A stretch of 64,000 bases of DNA. Source: a virus. The stretch spans positions 1 to 64,000 of the IMG/VR virus record IMGVR_UViG_3300029561_000002; one strand, given 5' to 3'. Below, in pieces: positions 29,419 to 39,097 of this stretch. Within the stretch, counting starts at the first letter, position 1. Each line of letters begins with the position of its first letter. A program made the position numbers and the translations under genes. Under the pieces are notes generated by a model. That model searched no databases, was not told the DNA's origin, and worked only from the letters and a program-made list of their open reading frames with translations.

Positions 29419-30174
29419 GTGTTCATGCGAGTAATTTCAACAGGAAGTACGAAAGGAAACTGTTACGCTTTGCAGTCAAGGACAGGCGAGATTGTTCTTC
29501 TTGACTGCGGATGCAAGTACAAGAAAATCCTCAGAGGGATTGACTACCAGATAAACAATGTTTCCGGTGTGCTTCTTTCACATGAACATGGTTAAGGCGA
29601 TCACACCGAAGCTATTCATGAAATCATAAGCGCCGGAATCACAGTTTATACCGGTCAAGAAACAATCAGTAATTTGGGTATAACAGACGGAACTATAAAA
29701 GCTGTCACTGAAAAGAAGTACTTCAAAATCGGTTCTTTCAGCGCAGTTCCGCTCAGACTACCACATACATCTGCAAATAAAGAACCGTGTCCGAACTTCG
29801 GGTATCTAGTGGAACATGAAGAAATGGGAAAACTTCTTTACCTGACAGACTTTGAGCATTGCCGGTACAAATTCAAATCAATGGAACTTAATCACTTGGT
29901 TATTGGTTGTAATTACTGCGAGGAGCTGATAGACAGAAACAACCCGAAGTGGAAACACCAGATCACCGGGCATTGTTCTTTGTCAACTTGTAAGCAATTC
30001 ATTAAGGAAAACCTCACAGAATCGCTCAAAACGATAACACTGGTACATTTGAGCGGTGATGTTTCAGATGCCGGGAAGATGCTTAAAGAAGTCAAAGAAG
30101 TTGTTGGGGATGATATTCTGGTTCAGATTGGACGGTCTGGACTGGAAGTTGATTTGAAATTGTTTCCATTTTGA
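29419..30174 (+). pseudogene. Metallo-beta-lactamase-fold hydrolase/nuclease interrupted by an in-frame TAA
   Basis: ORFs 29392..29595 and 29674..30174 share one frame. The sequence reads LLSHEHG-TAA-GDH, so the HxHxDH motif is split by 6 extra nt that include a stop codon. Confidence 0.6.
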
Positions 30175-30188
30175 AAGGAGAAAATCCA

Positions 30189-30287
30189 ATGGAAATGACA
30201 GATTGCGATAGTTGCAAATATCACGATGATTGTCCGTTTGCATGGGACTACGGACCACTTTACTGCAATGATTATGAGGAGGAATAA
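30189..30287 (+). CDS. Small Cys-rich protein (32 aa)
   Basis: AAAGGAG RBS. Below the ORF-track cutoff. Confidence 0.3.
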   Translation: MEMTDCDSCKYHDDCPFAWDYGPLYCNDYEEE

Positions 30288-30289
30288 AA

Positions 30290-30676
30290 TTGAAAGAATG
30301 GACAGAAGAACTTTTACTGGCGGATGGATATAAACTTCAAAACGCTGAAATTACAAATGTATCATTAAATTTCAGAGATCACGGAGTATTGTCACTTGAC
30401 CTTACGCTGAACGGTGGCGGATGGGGAGTCGTTTACGGCGGCTATGTTCTTGGACATGGATATTTGGGAGCCAAAGAATTTAAAGGTTCTGCTTCTGGAA
30501 TGGAAGCAATCATGCGAATTATGGATGTAGTTGGCGTTGAAGACCTTGTGAATTTAAAAGGAAAGCATGTTCGGGTTGCAACAAAGGGATGGGGAAACTC
30601 AGTGAAAATCATCGGACATTTTATCAAAGACCAGTGGTTTGATTACTTGAGTTTTTACGAAGACAAAAAGGAGTGA
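30290..30676 (+). CDS. Hypothetical protein (TTG start)
   Basis: GAGGAGG RBS 7 nt upstream. Confidence 0.5.
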   Translation: MKEWTEELLLADGYKLQNAEITNVSLNFRDHGVLSLDLTLNGGGWGVVYGGYVLGHGYLGAKEFKGSASGMEAIMRIMDVVGVEDLVNLKGKHVRVATKGWGNSVKIIGHFIKDQWFDYLSFYEDKKE

Positions 30677-30680
30677 CAGG

Positions 30681-31031
30681 ATGAAAATTTTAATTAATGT
30701 TCTGGACAAAATCAAAAAGGAAATCTCTTCAACATCCGGTTTGTACGACAGAGGATGGAATGATGCACTGGAAAAGGCAAAGGAATGTTTCACATCCTAT
30801 AATCCGGTGATTGAATGGATTCCGACAGAATTAATGTTACCGCCGGAGCCAGACGAAGATGTTGATATCGAGGAACTTCCGCAGTACACGGTAACAATCA
30901 AGGGTGCTGAATGGCCAACATCTCTGAGATACATTGGAAACGGAGAATGGGCGGATGTTGGAGTCGGAAGAGAGATAAAATACACGGTTTCGGCGTGGAT
31001 GCCGATGCCTAAAGCTTATAAGGAGAAATAA
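30681..31031 (+). CDS. DUF551-like protein
   Basis: C-terminus ..YTVSAWMPMPKAYKE has the W.P.P tail typical of DUF551. Confidence 0.5.
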   Translation: MKILINVLDKIKKEISSTSGLYDRGWNDALEKAKECFTSYNPVIEWIPTELMLPPEPDEDVDIEELPQYTVTIKGAEWPTSLRYIGNGEWADVGVGREIKYTVSAWMPMPKAYKEK

Positions 31032-31032
31032 C

Positions 31033-31449
31033 ATGAACAAAGTAATTTTGATCGGCCAATTAGTGAAAGACCCGGACATACGGACCGGAACTAACAACAT
31101 AACCATTGCCAGATACGCTCTTGCAGTAGAAAGACAGTATCGTAAAGACAACGAGCGGAAAGCAGATTTCATAAATTGTGTTGCACTTGGTAAAAATGGA
31201 GAGTTTTCCGAAAAATACCTGCATAAGGGAATGAAAATTGCAGTCATCGGCAGCTGGCAGACTGGAAACTATACAGACACTGACGGAAAGAAAATTTACA
31301 CAAATGATTGCCTAGTGGAAACACATGAGTTTGTGGAAAGCAAGGGTAGAAGCAACCAGTCCGAAAACATCGGCACAGTTCCGCCGCCAGCACCGGCAAG
31401 TGACACATTTGTCGAACCGGCTTATGATCCGGATTTGCCATTTAGCTAA
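31033..31449 (+). CDS. ssb: Single-stranded DNA-binding protein
   Basis: NKVILIGQLVKDPDIR...FINCVALGKNGEF...IAVIGSWQTGNY. Acidic tail ends in DLPFS. Confidence 0.85.
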   Translation: MNKVILIGQLVKDPDIRTGTNNITIARYALAVERQYRKDNERKADFINCVALGKNGEFSEKYLHKGMKIAVIGSWQTGNYTDTDGKKIYTNDCLVETHEFVESKGRSNQSENIGTVPPPAPASDTFVEPAYDPDLPFS

Positions 31450-31462
31450 GGAGTAGCTTCGG

Positions 31463-32044
31463 GTGGATTACAAGAAATTCAGACAGGCGAAAGCCATTGA
31501 AGCAAGCAACAAGAAGAAACTTCTGAAAGTAAATCCAAAACTGGATGAAGGAAGCGGCATATATATGCTCTGGCGTACCGAAACCCATGGATATATCGGG
31601 CAGTCAGTAAAACTTCTTACCAGACTGGCCCAACACATGTCAGGATACGAACAACATATTGATCGTTCCATGAAAGCACATGGGCTGTATTCGGAAGAGA
31701 ACAAGAACGGATACAAGATTGATTTCTTTCACTGCCCGGCATCGCAGCTTGACGAAAAAGAACGAGAATACATCCAGAAAGCCATTGATGCCGGATGGAT
31801 TGTGAAAAACAAGACTGGCGGCGGACAGGATGAAGGAAAAGAAAAGATTGCTGATTACCGACCGGCAAAAGGATATCGTGATGGTATCCAACAAGGCAAG
31901 AAAGCTCTGGCCCGTGATTTATCACATATCATTGATACGCATTTGCAAATTACCCTGAAGCCGGAAAAGCAGAACAACAAAACTTCAATCAAAGCTTTCG
32001 AGAAATTTAAAGAAATGCTTGATGAAAGGAACTACGAGAAATGA
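31463..32044 (+). CDS. GIY-YIG nuclease
   Basis: GIYMLW...GYIGQSVKLLTRLAQH...EREYI...KNKT. Confidence 0.7.
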   Translation: MDYKKFRQAKAIEASNKKKLLKVNPKLDEGSGIYMLWRTETHGYIGQSVKLLTRLAQHMSGYEQHIDRSMKAHGLYSEENKNGYKIDFFHCPASQLDEKEREYIQKAIDAGWIVKNKTGGGQDEGKEKIADYRPAKGYRDGIQQGKKALARDLSHIIDTHLQITLKPEKQNNKTSIKAFEKFKEMLDERNYEK

Positions 32045-32295
32045 CTATACGTGAAATAAAGAACAGAAAGCATAAGGAATACGAGCAGAATCGTAAAGAT
32101 ATTTATTATTTTATCGTAAAATACGAAAAACGCAAAGGCGAAATGCCACAGATTAAAACGATAGCTGAGGAATTGGATTTAAGCCCTAGTGCAATCCAGA
32201 GGCATTTGCGCCAGTTTGCGGATGATGGACTGATTGAATTTTCGGGGAGCAATTCTCACAGAAAATACCGGTTGGTAAGAAAGAACAAAAGATGA
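32041..32295 (+). CDS. Small winged-helix DNA-binding protein
   Basis: IKTIAEELDLSPSAIQRHLRQFADDGLIEF. Confidence 0.5.
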   Translation: MTIREIKNRKHKEYEQNRKDIYYFIVKYEKRKGEMPQIKTIAEELDLSPSAIQRHLRQFADDGLIEFSGSNSHRKYRLVRKNKR

Positions 32296-32552
32296 AGCTT
32301 TACGATCTGTACACCTTAGATGGAACATTTGTAGATACTCTTACCCGGAAAGAAGCCGTTGAAAGGTTCAACCTTTCCGGGTGGGACTTTAAATCAAAAA
32401 TAGACTACAGAGATTCTATCAATGGCGAATATTACCTGGATGATTCAGAAGATGATATCACTGTCAGAAAACATAAAGACAAGGAAATGCTTATACAGTT
32501 TGACTTACTCACATCGAAGTTGAGAAAAATATTAAAAGTGGAGGGAAAATAA
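32292..32552 (+). CDS. Hypothetical protein
   Basis: ORF track; overlapping start. Confidence 0.45.
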   Translation: MKLYDLYTLDGTFVDTLTRKEAVERFNLSGWDFKSKIDYRDSINGEYYLDDSEDDITVRKHKDKEMLIQFDLLTSKLRKILKVEGK

Positions 32553-32896
32553 TGGCAGAGAATTGTAATGAATGTAGTATCGCATGGATACGTGGAAGTA
32601 ATTATGCTGAGGTATCAGCGTACAACGGAAGCACTTTAAAGAATCGAACACTTAAGCTGAAAGAAGAAAACCCGGAAGATGTGAAAGTTATCGCAATCAA
32701 CAAAGATGGCTCAATTTTCGCTCATGTACCAAGAAAATACGTGCCGAATTTACGAGCTCCGAGAAAACTGACAGAAGAGCAGAGGGCAGAACTGATTGAG
32801 CGAGGAAAGAACATGTCGAAATGGAAAGTAACTGATGTAGAAGAAACGCCAGATTTCGATTCTGACGATGAAGATGAGGAAATGTTCGATGTTTAA
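32552..32896 (+). CDS. Hypothetical protein with acidic C-terminus
   Basis: ORF track. Confidence 0.45.
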   Translation: MAENCNECSIAWIRGSNYAEVSAYNGSTLKNRTLKLKEENPEDVKVIAINKDGSIFAHVPRKYVPNLRAPRKLTEEQRAELIERGKNMSKWKVTDVEETPDFDSDDEDEEMFDV

Positions 32897-33131
32897 TGAA
32901 AGAATGGGAATTAATGTTGAAAATGGTAAAAGTAGGATTTGCCCTAAATGCGGGAATCGTTTTCATGTTTTCACAGATTATAACCGGCATTGTGGAGGAA
33001 ATTTATATTGGTGCGAATGCACAGAATGTAAAACCATTACAAAAATACATCACAGTAAGGAAGCTGCAATAGTGGCTTTTAAGGAAGGATTGGTACACAA
33101 AAATGAGCAAAGTGAACATATATGGGCTTAA
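32889..33131 (+). CDS. Zinc-ribbon protein
   Basis: CPKCGN...CECTEC. Internal ATG overlaps the previous stop codon. Confidence 0.4.
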   Translation: MFNERMGINVENGKSRICPKCGNRFHVFTDYNRHCGGNLYWCECTECKTITKIHHSKEAAIVAFKEGLVHKNEQSEHIWA

Positions 33132-33330
33132 AGCATATATAAGTAAAACGTTTGATTTGCATGTTGGCAAAAGAATCAAATACGTAGAACGTGGTGGGGA
33201 AGAAAAAGAGCATATCTATGAGGTAAAACAGCTTTTTCCACATTGCGTTTTACTAGAAGATATTTTCGATCACACAAGAATTTGCCCTTGTTATAGCAAA
33301 TTAAGCTTGATGTTAAGGGGAATTGAATAA
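33103..33330 (+). CDS. Hypothetical protein
   Basis: ORF track. Confidence 0.4.
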   Translation: MSKVNIYGLKAYISKTFDLHVGKRIKYVERGGEEKEHIYEVKQLFPHCVLLEDIFDHTRICPCYSKLSLMLRGIE

Positions 33331-33358
33331 GAATCTGGTTAAGAAGATGGGAGTATAG

Positions 33359-34732
33359 ATGAGAGATTTAATCATAGATTGCTTTGCCGGCGGTGGTGGG
33401 GCGTCTGTAGGAATCGAAATGGCGCTCGGAAGGCCAGTAGACATAGCGATCAATCACGACCCCGACGCTATCCTGATGCACAAGACGAATCACCCTGGAA
33501 CACTGCATCTGACAGAAGATATCTTCAAAGTAGACTTGCAGAAATATGTTGGAAATCAGCACGTAGCGTTGATGTGGGCTTCCCCGGACTGCACAAGCCA
33601 TTCAAAAGCAAAAGGCGGTCAGCCCCGTAAAAAGGGGCTTCGCATTCTTCCATGGGCTGTATACAAGCACGCAAAGGCAATTCTTCCAGATGTGATAATC
33701 ATGGAGAATGTAGAAGAAATACAACAATGGGGACCATTGGACGAGAAAGGGCATCCAATCAAAGAAAGAGCCGGTGAAGATTATCGAAAATTCATTTCAG
33801 CAATGGAAAATATCGGTTATGAATTTGACAGCCGGGAACTGGTAGCTGCGAATTATGGAGCGCCGACTACAAGAAAACGTTGGTATGCGGTGTTTCGTAG
33901 GGATGGAAAGCAGATAGTGTGGCCAAAGCCTACGCATAATCGTTTTGGGACAGACGGCCTGAAGCCATATGAGCAGTGTGGAGATTACATTGATTGGTCA
34001 GACTTAGGTAAAAGTATATTTGACCGTCCGAAACCACTGGCAGAAGCAACACAGAAGCGCATTGCAAATGGAATCAAGAAATATATCGTTGATAATCCAG
34101 AGCCGTATATTGTACGGAATAAAGATGCGCTGGCATTTATCATTCAGTATCATGGAGAAACCAGACAAGGTGATTCCAGAGGGCAATTGCTGACTGAACC
34201 GATAAAAACCATTGACACCTCAAACAGATACGGACTTGTGACAGCTTTCATCACGAAATATTACAAAACCGGTATCGGTCAAGGATGCGACGAACCACTG
34301 CATACAATAACCACATCACCCGGACACTTCGGCGTGATATCTGCTTTTCTGGTTAAATATTATGGAACGGGATGCGGACAGGTACTCAACGAACCGCTCG
34401 GAACCATTACCACAAAAGACAGGTTCGGACTGGTAAATGTTCTGGTTGATATTCATGGAGAGAAATACATCATATCAGATATTTTTCTCAGAATGCTAAA
34501 GCCGGAAGAATTAAAGGTGATGCAGGGATTTCCAAAAGATTACATTATTGATCGGGATTACAAATGGAGAAATTACCCGATTGCAAAACAAGTAGCGAGA
34601 ATTGGAAATAGTGTTGTGCCGGTTATGGCAGAAGTGCTTGTGAAAGCTAATTGCCCGTATCTGAAAGTCGGAGAGCGAAAAGCTGCACCGGTGATTTATA
34701 TTCAGAATAATGGACAGGTATCATTTGGATAA
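33359..34732 (+). CDS. DNA (cytosine-5)-methyltransferase
   Basis: Motif I DCFAGGGG, motif IV-like ASPDCTSHSKA, ENVEE, and C-terminal GNSVVP. Confidence 0.8.
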   Translation: MRDLIIDCFAGGGGASVGIEMALGRPVDIAINHDPDAILMHKTNHPGTLHLTEDIFKVDLQKYVGNQHVALMWASPDCTSHSKAKGGQPRKKGLRILPWAVYKHAKAILPDVIIMENVEEIQQWGPLDEKGHPIKERAGEDYRKFISAMENIGYEFDSRELVAANYGAPTTRKRWYAVFRRDGKQIVWPKPTHNRFGTDGLKPYEQCGDYIDWSDLGKSIFDRPKPLAEATQKRIANGIKKYIVDNPEPYIVRNKDALAFIIQYHGETRQGDSRGQLLTEPIKTIDTSNRYGLVTAFITKYYKTGIGQGCDEPLHTITTSPGHFGVISAFLVKYYGTGCGQVLNEPLGTITTKDRFGLVNVLVDIHGEKYIISDIFLRMLKPEELKVMQGFPKDYIIDRDYKWRNYPIAKQVARIGNSVVPVMAEVLVKANCPYLKVGERKAAPVIYIQNNGQVSFG

Positions 34733-34788
34733 GAAATCATGGAGGACTGCACAATAGCGTGCCAGTTGTTTACATTGGGAAAACGAGG

Positions 34789-35037
34789 ATGGAAATGAAA
34801 AAAAATAATTACACTTCATTCTTCAAAACGAAGCCAAAGAAAGTAGAGAGATACATTCGTTGCAGAAAATGTGGTGGAAACATGGAATGGGTTGAATACT
34901 ATCCGCCGGAAATCAAATGTCCGAAGTGTGGCTATACTGTATATCCAAAACCTTATGAGCCAGATTGTATTAAGCTGTTAGAAGCATCGGAAGAATATTT
35001 TGAATTATATGAGAAAATAAGGAGGAAAAATGGATAA
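34789..35037 (+). CDS. Zinc-ribbon protein
   Basis: CRKCGG...CPKCG. Start is 34789 or 34795. Confidence 0.4.
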   Translation: MEMKKNNYTSFFKTKPKKVERYIRCRKCGGNMEWVEYYPPEIKCPKCGYTVYPKPYEPDCIKLLEASEEYFELYEKIRRKNG

Positions 35038-35224
35038 ATTAAAACCGTGTCCGTTTTGCGGAGGAAAAGCAGAAATGTTATTTAATGAATATGAAGATTC
35101 GAGAAAAGAATATCTTGCAGCTTGCACAGAATGCGATGGAATGGTTGAACGCTGGAGAGAAACAGAGGAAGAAGCTGTAGAACAGTGGAATCGAAGAGTA
35201 AGCGACAAGGAGGGTGCGGAATGA
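35030..35224 (+). CDS. Lar-family restriction alleviation protein
   Basis: KPCPFCGG.AE....CTECD...EEAVEQWNRR is the typical Lar pattern. Confidence 0.6.
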   Translation: MDKLKPCPFCGGKAEMLFNEYEDSRKEYLAACTECDGMVERWRETEEEAVEQWNRRVSDKEGAE

Positions 35225-35649
35225 GAAAACACACAATAAATCTTCCAGGAGGACTGGAAGCGGATATTTTTAATTTACCAGAGGATTTCAAAGAACAGGT
35301 TGAAGAAACATTCAAAGAGTATACATCTGGAACAGCAAAAGCGTATATGTACGCTGACAAGTTAGGATTCATTGACCGTTGCGTAGAATGCCTGAACGGT
35401 AATGAGGATTCAGATAAGGTTGTAAATTCACTGGTTGAAGAAGCGATGATTGCCGAATGGAGAAATAATGGTGAAATTATTAAGGAAGATGATATATACA
35501 GTTTTGAATTTATGGAAGATTGCTACAGGAAAGGCAAAGAAGATGCAAGGCTGAACTCTCATTTCGGAACTGACGATCATCACATTTACGACCAGATCCA
35601 GAAAGTTCTGGTGCAGGTAATTACAATTGTAATGAATTATCAGGATTAA
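35221..35649 (+). CDS. Hypothetical protein
   Basis: ATGA overlap with the Lar gene. Confidence 0.45.
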   Translation: MRKHTINLPGGLEADIFNLPEDFKEQVEETFKEYTSGTAKAYMYADKLGFIDRCVECLNGNEDSDKVVNSLVEEAMIAEWRNNGEIIKEDDIYSFEFMEDCYRKGKEDARLNSHFGTDDHHIYDQIQKVLVQVITIVMNYQD

Positions 35650-35661
35650 GGAGGACACAAA

Positions 35662-35901
35662 ATGTTAATCAGAAGTCAGAATAAAACATTTTTATTAAAC
35701 TTTAGCAATTTGACTATATCTTATATTGCGGAAGATGACGAGGATTTTGTTATTTCAAGCCTAGAGGACGAAAACAGATAGAGACTTGGTAAATACTCCT
35801 CAAAAGAAAAAGCCATGAAAGTACTGGATATGATTCAGGAAGCCTATGTAAATGGACATATTGATTACCAGATGCCAGAGGACAGTGAGGTGGTTGTATG
35901 A
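35662..35901 (+). pseudogene. Small phage protein (80 codons) interrupted by an in-frame TAG at 35779-35781
   Basis: GGAGGA RBS. Translation is MLIRSQNKTFLLNF..EDENR-TAG-RLGKYSSKEKAMKVLDMIQEAY... The end overlaps the next gene as ATGA, which suggests a single unit. Confidence 0.4.
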
Positions 35902-36236
35902 GCCATATCAAAGACAGATTGTCCAGTTATCATGATTGGATGCAAGATATTGTAAATAGATACAAATTGGTTACTGCTAGAGATTTTTTAGAAATGATAG
36001 AACAGCTTCAAGAGGATCTGGAACAGGACGAGAAAGAAAATGGCTGGATTCCAGTCAGCGAGAGATTGCCGGAAGCAAGCGGTACGTATCAAGTGACTTG
36101 CATGGACGGAAGAATATATCGTTCAACCTACGCAAAATTCCAAAACAAATTGAAGCGCTGGGAATTAACTGGTGCTAGGTCGTATTGGAAAGTCACAGCG
36201 TGGATGCCGCTTCCAGAACCATATAAGGAGGATTAA
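35898..36236 (+). CDS. DUF551-like protein
   Basis: C-terminus WKVTAWMPLPEPYKED. Confidence 0.55.
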   Translation: MSHIKDRLSSYHDWMQDIVNRYKLVTARDFLEMIEQLQEDLEQDEKENGWIPVSERLPEASGTYQVTCMDGRIYRSTYAKFQNKLKRWELTGARSYWKVTAWMPLPEPYKED

Positions 36237-36389
36237 ATGGGATATTGTAAAATAGAATGTCCGGACGGTGAAACAGAGTGCTGCATCTGCTGCAAGAAGC
36301 AAGGCGGTTACGATAACCGGTGCGACATGATGGATAGCTACGAATACGCAGAAGATTGCGAAGATTATGTCAAGGAGGATGAAGTATGA
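36237..36389 (+). CDS. Small Cys-rich protein (50 aa)
   Basis: AAGGAGG RBS upstream. ATGA coupling to the next ORF. Confidence 0.35.
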   Translation: MGYCKIECPDGETECCICCKKQGGYDNRCDMMDSYEYAEDCEDYVKEDEV

Positions 36390-36487
36390 TCACATTCTTA
36401 TTAGGATTCACCCTTGGAACCATATTCGGAGCGACTGGTCTTGTATGCGTGGCGATCATGTACAACAAGCATCATCCAGACGAATAG
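36386..36487 (+). CDS. Small single-TM protein (33 aa)
   Basis: AAGGAGG RBS. Sequence MITFLLGFTLGTIFGATGLVCVAIM. Confidence 0.35.
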   Translation: MITFLLGFTLGTIFGATGLVCVAIMYNKHHPDE

Positions 36488-36501
36488 AAAGGAGCAACGG
36501 T

Positions 36502-36816
36502 ATGCTGACAAGGAACAAAAAGCTGAAAGACTACGGTATTCCGGCAGAGGACATTGAAAAGCTGAACATGATGCTGAAAGACTTCCCGGCAGAGTACGGC
36601 TACCTGCTTACCAGTGCTGCCTTGTCAGCTTGCCCGAAGAACACGGTGATAGCGGATATGGTTATTGAGAATATCCTACACCGGAAAAGCTACAGGAAAA
36701 TCAGCAAAGAAAGATATATCCCGATGAATCCGAAAGACTTCTACGGATACAGACGCAAGACCGTCGCTGTACTATATGAGAGAATGCGGTTGTTGGGAGT
36801 GTGGGAGGAAAAATAA
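36502..36816 (+). CDS. Hypothetical protein (possible transcription regulator)
   Basis: AAAGGAG RBS 7 nt before the internal ATG of ORF 36367..36816. Confidence 0.35.
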   Translation: MLTRNKKLKDYGIPAEDIEKLNMMLKDFPAEYGYLLTSAALSACPKNTVIADMVIENILHRKSYRKISKERYIPMNPKDFYGYRRKTVAVLYERMRLLGVWEEK

Positions 36817-37197
36817 ATGAAAGAATATAAATGTCCAAAGTGCAATAGTAAAAACCTTTTTGTCAAGAAATTTGGGAATAATACGGGATTGTATTGCGGG
36901 GATTGCGGTGCATGGATTAAATGGGTCGGAAAAAATGAGCTGAGAATATTTGAATATTTAAACAGACAGAAATACGTAGACGATGCTAATAGTAAACAAG
37001 ACGATATTGCAAACATCATTTATAGCACTCTCAATCATATGTATTGCGATAATTGCAGATTCAATAGCGAAATTAAAGAAAGTGATAGTGATGAATGGAA
37101 CTGTGATGAATGCCACAGAAAATATAATGGATGGGGAGTTTCCATGCAGGAAAGTAATAAAATTGCAAAAGAAATTTTAAAACAGTTAGGAGAATAG
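36817..37197 (+). CDS. Zinc-finger protein
   Basis: CPKCN..CGDCG and CDNC..CDEC pairs. Confidence 0.45.
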   Translation: MKEYKCPKCNSKNLFVKKFGNNTGLYCGDCGAWIKWVGKNELRIFEYLNRQKYVDDANSKQDDIANIIYSTLNHMYCDNCRFNSEIKESDSDEWNCDECHRKYNGWGVSMQESNKIAKEILKQLGE

Positions 37198-37200
37198 GAT

Positions 37201-37431
37201 ATGAGCCGATTGATTGATGCAGACGAATTAATTAAATATATCAAAATTTGGGAAATTGGCACAAGTATTAGCTCTGACCAGAAAGAGTTTATTGATTGTG
37301 TTAATGAACAGTGGACAGCTTTTGATGCGGATAAGGTTGTTGAACAGTTGGAAGATTATTTATTTGAAAAATATTGCATAGAAGGGGATACAACAATTGA
37401 TGAAATCGTGAAAGGCGGTGGAGTTGAATGA
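37201..37431 (+). CDS. Hypothetical protein
   Basis: ORF track. Confidence 0.45.
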   Translation: MSRLIDADELIKYIKIWEIGTSISSDQKEFIDCVNEQWTAFDADKVVEQLEDYLFEKYCIEGDTTIDEIVKGGGVE

Positions 37432-37901
37432 GAGAGTTTCTTTTCAAGGCAAAGCGGATTGATAACGGTGAATGGGTTGAGGGATATTACATAAGAGATC
37501 AATATCACATAGGTGGGAAGGACATTATTTTTTATCGGAAGGATTCAGATCGGTTTACAGTATATACCAATATAATTGATATAGAAACCCTCTGCCAGTT
37601 CACGGGACTTTGTGACAAGAACGGGAAGAAAATTTGGGAGAATGACATTTTGATGTGCCATGGAAACCCAAAAGACCTTGCAAAAGTGCTATTTGGAGAA
37701 TTTGGTGTAAGAAATATTGAAACCGGCTCCATAGTAGACAAAGTTGTCGGATGGCATTATGAGGTTGTTCCGACAGATGCAATCAGCAGATGCGAACCAT
37801 TCTGCTGGCCAATGCCATTGACAGAATATTATATCGACAGATGCGAAATGGAAGTAGTTGGAAACATTTTCGACAACCCAGAATTATTACAGGAGAAATG
37901 A
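37428..37901 (+). CDS. YopX-family protein
   Basis: EFLFKAKRIDNGEWVEGYY...FTGLCDKNGKKIWENDI...GNIFDNPELL. Confidence 0.6.
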   Translation: MREFLFKAKRIDNGEWVEGYYIRDQYHIGGKDIIFYRKDSDRFTVYTNIIDIETLCQFTGLCDKNGKKIWENDILMCHGNPKDLAKVLFGEFGVRNIETGSIVDKVVGWHYEVVPTDAISRCEPFCWPMPLTEYYIDRCEMEVVGNIFDNPELLQEK

Positions 37902-37902
37902 G

Positions 37903-38058
37903 ATGAGTAAAGGAAAAGACATTTCCACTATGTTCACAAGAGAAGAAAACAAAAAGAATGGAAGACTTGGATATTATAATGCTACCAGAGAGAAGAAAGA
38001 TGTTATCAGTCCGGCACAGTATGGAGCATTCTTGCAGAAAAGAGGTAAGAAAAGATGA
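37903..38058 (+). CDS. Small basic protein (51 aa)
   Basis: AGGAG RBS before the internal ATG of ORF 37858..38058. Confidence 0.4.
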   Translation: MSKGKDISTMFTREENKKNGRLGYYNATREKKDVISPAQYGAFLQKRGKKR

Positions 38059-38303
38059 GTAAATCAGTATTAGTGATTGATACACCAGATAAATGCATAC
38101 ATTGTCCATTATTAACTGGTGCAGATGAATGTATGGTACAAGATGATGATGCAAATTTTAACGCTTCTGATTCTTGGGATGAGTTAATGAAGGGGTGTCC
38201 GCTGAAGCCATTGCCGGAGAAGAGCACTACCGAGAATGATATGACGGATTATCAGTGCGGGATGGTCGATGGTCGAAACCAGTGTATTAATGAGATTGTA
38301 TGA
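38055..38303 (+). CDS. Hypothetical protein
   Basis: ORF track. Confidence 0.45.
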   Translation: MSKSVLVIDTPDKCIHCPLLTGADECMVQDDDANFNASDSWDELMKGCPLKPLPEKSTTENDMTDYQCGMVDGRNQCINEIV

Positions 38304-38315
38304 GAGGTAGAGTAG

Positions 38316-38654
38316 ATGAGCAAGAAAGTAAAGTGTTGTGAATGCGATTCTTTTATGGGATGGGCTTTGCCAAGAGGGGTAGATAAAGACAATTACGAAT
38401 ATGCGAAAGAAGTTTTGAAGTTAGCATCTACTACAGGAATATGTGAATATACCATGAAAACCAAGGCAAGGTCGCATGAGCAGTATTGCAGAAAATTTAA
38501 AAAAGACAAGTTTTTAGAACGACATAACGATTTTTTTAAAGATGAAATTTTAAAACTTGAAAACATGATCAAGGAATATGAAAAAGAAAATTTTGTGGAA
38601 GTAGACGAATCATGGAAAGCTCATTTTATGAGAAGATTTCAAGAGGTGAAGTAG
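38316..38654 (+). CDS. Hypothetical protein
   Basis: ORF track. Confidence 0.45.
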   Translation: MSKKVKCCECDSFMGWALPRGVDKDNYEYAKEVLKLASTTGICEYTMKTKARSHEQYCRKFKKDKFLERHNDFFKDEILKLENMIKEYEKENFVEVDESWKAHFMRRFQEVK

Positions 38655-39080
38655 ATGGAGAGATTAACAGAATGGGAAAATGGTAGTGTCACATATAACG
38701 AAAAACGAGAGATTGAATGTGGTGAATATTGTGATAGCTGCTCACAGGGCGCAGGAAATTGCGAAACAATAAAGAATATGATTAAAAAACTTGCCGACTA
38801 CGAGGACTTAGAAGAACAGGGCTTGCTTGTGAGATTGCCGTGTAAGATTGGAGACACGGTTTATAGAGTGAATGCCGGAGCCAAGCAACCGATTATTCCA
38901 ATGACTGTTTCAGAAATTCATTTTCTCTGTTACAAAAATGAACGTGCTGTAAGGTTTGACGCAATAGGTAAAGAAGATATGGGAGAAAGTTGCTACCGTT
39001 TAGAAGATATTGGAAGAATAGTATTCCTCACCCGTGAAGAAGCTGAGAAGAAGTTGGAGGAACTCAAAAATGAAATTTAA
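38655..39080 (+). CDS. Hypothetical protein
   Basis: ORF track. Confidence 0.45.
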   Translation: MERLTEWENGSVTYNEKREIECGEYCDSCSQGAGNCETIKNMIKKLADYEDLEEQGLLVRLPCKIGDTVYRVNAGAKQPIIPMTVSEIHFLCYKNERAVRFDAIGKEDMGESCYRLEDIGRIVFLTREEAEKKLEELKNEI

Positions 39081-39097
39081 TTTTAAGGAGGCGCAAA

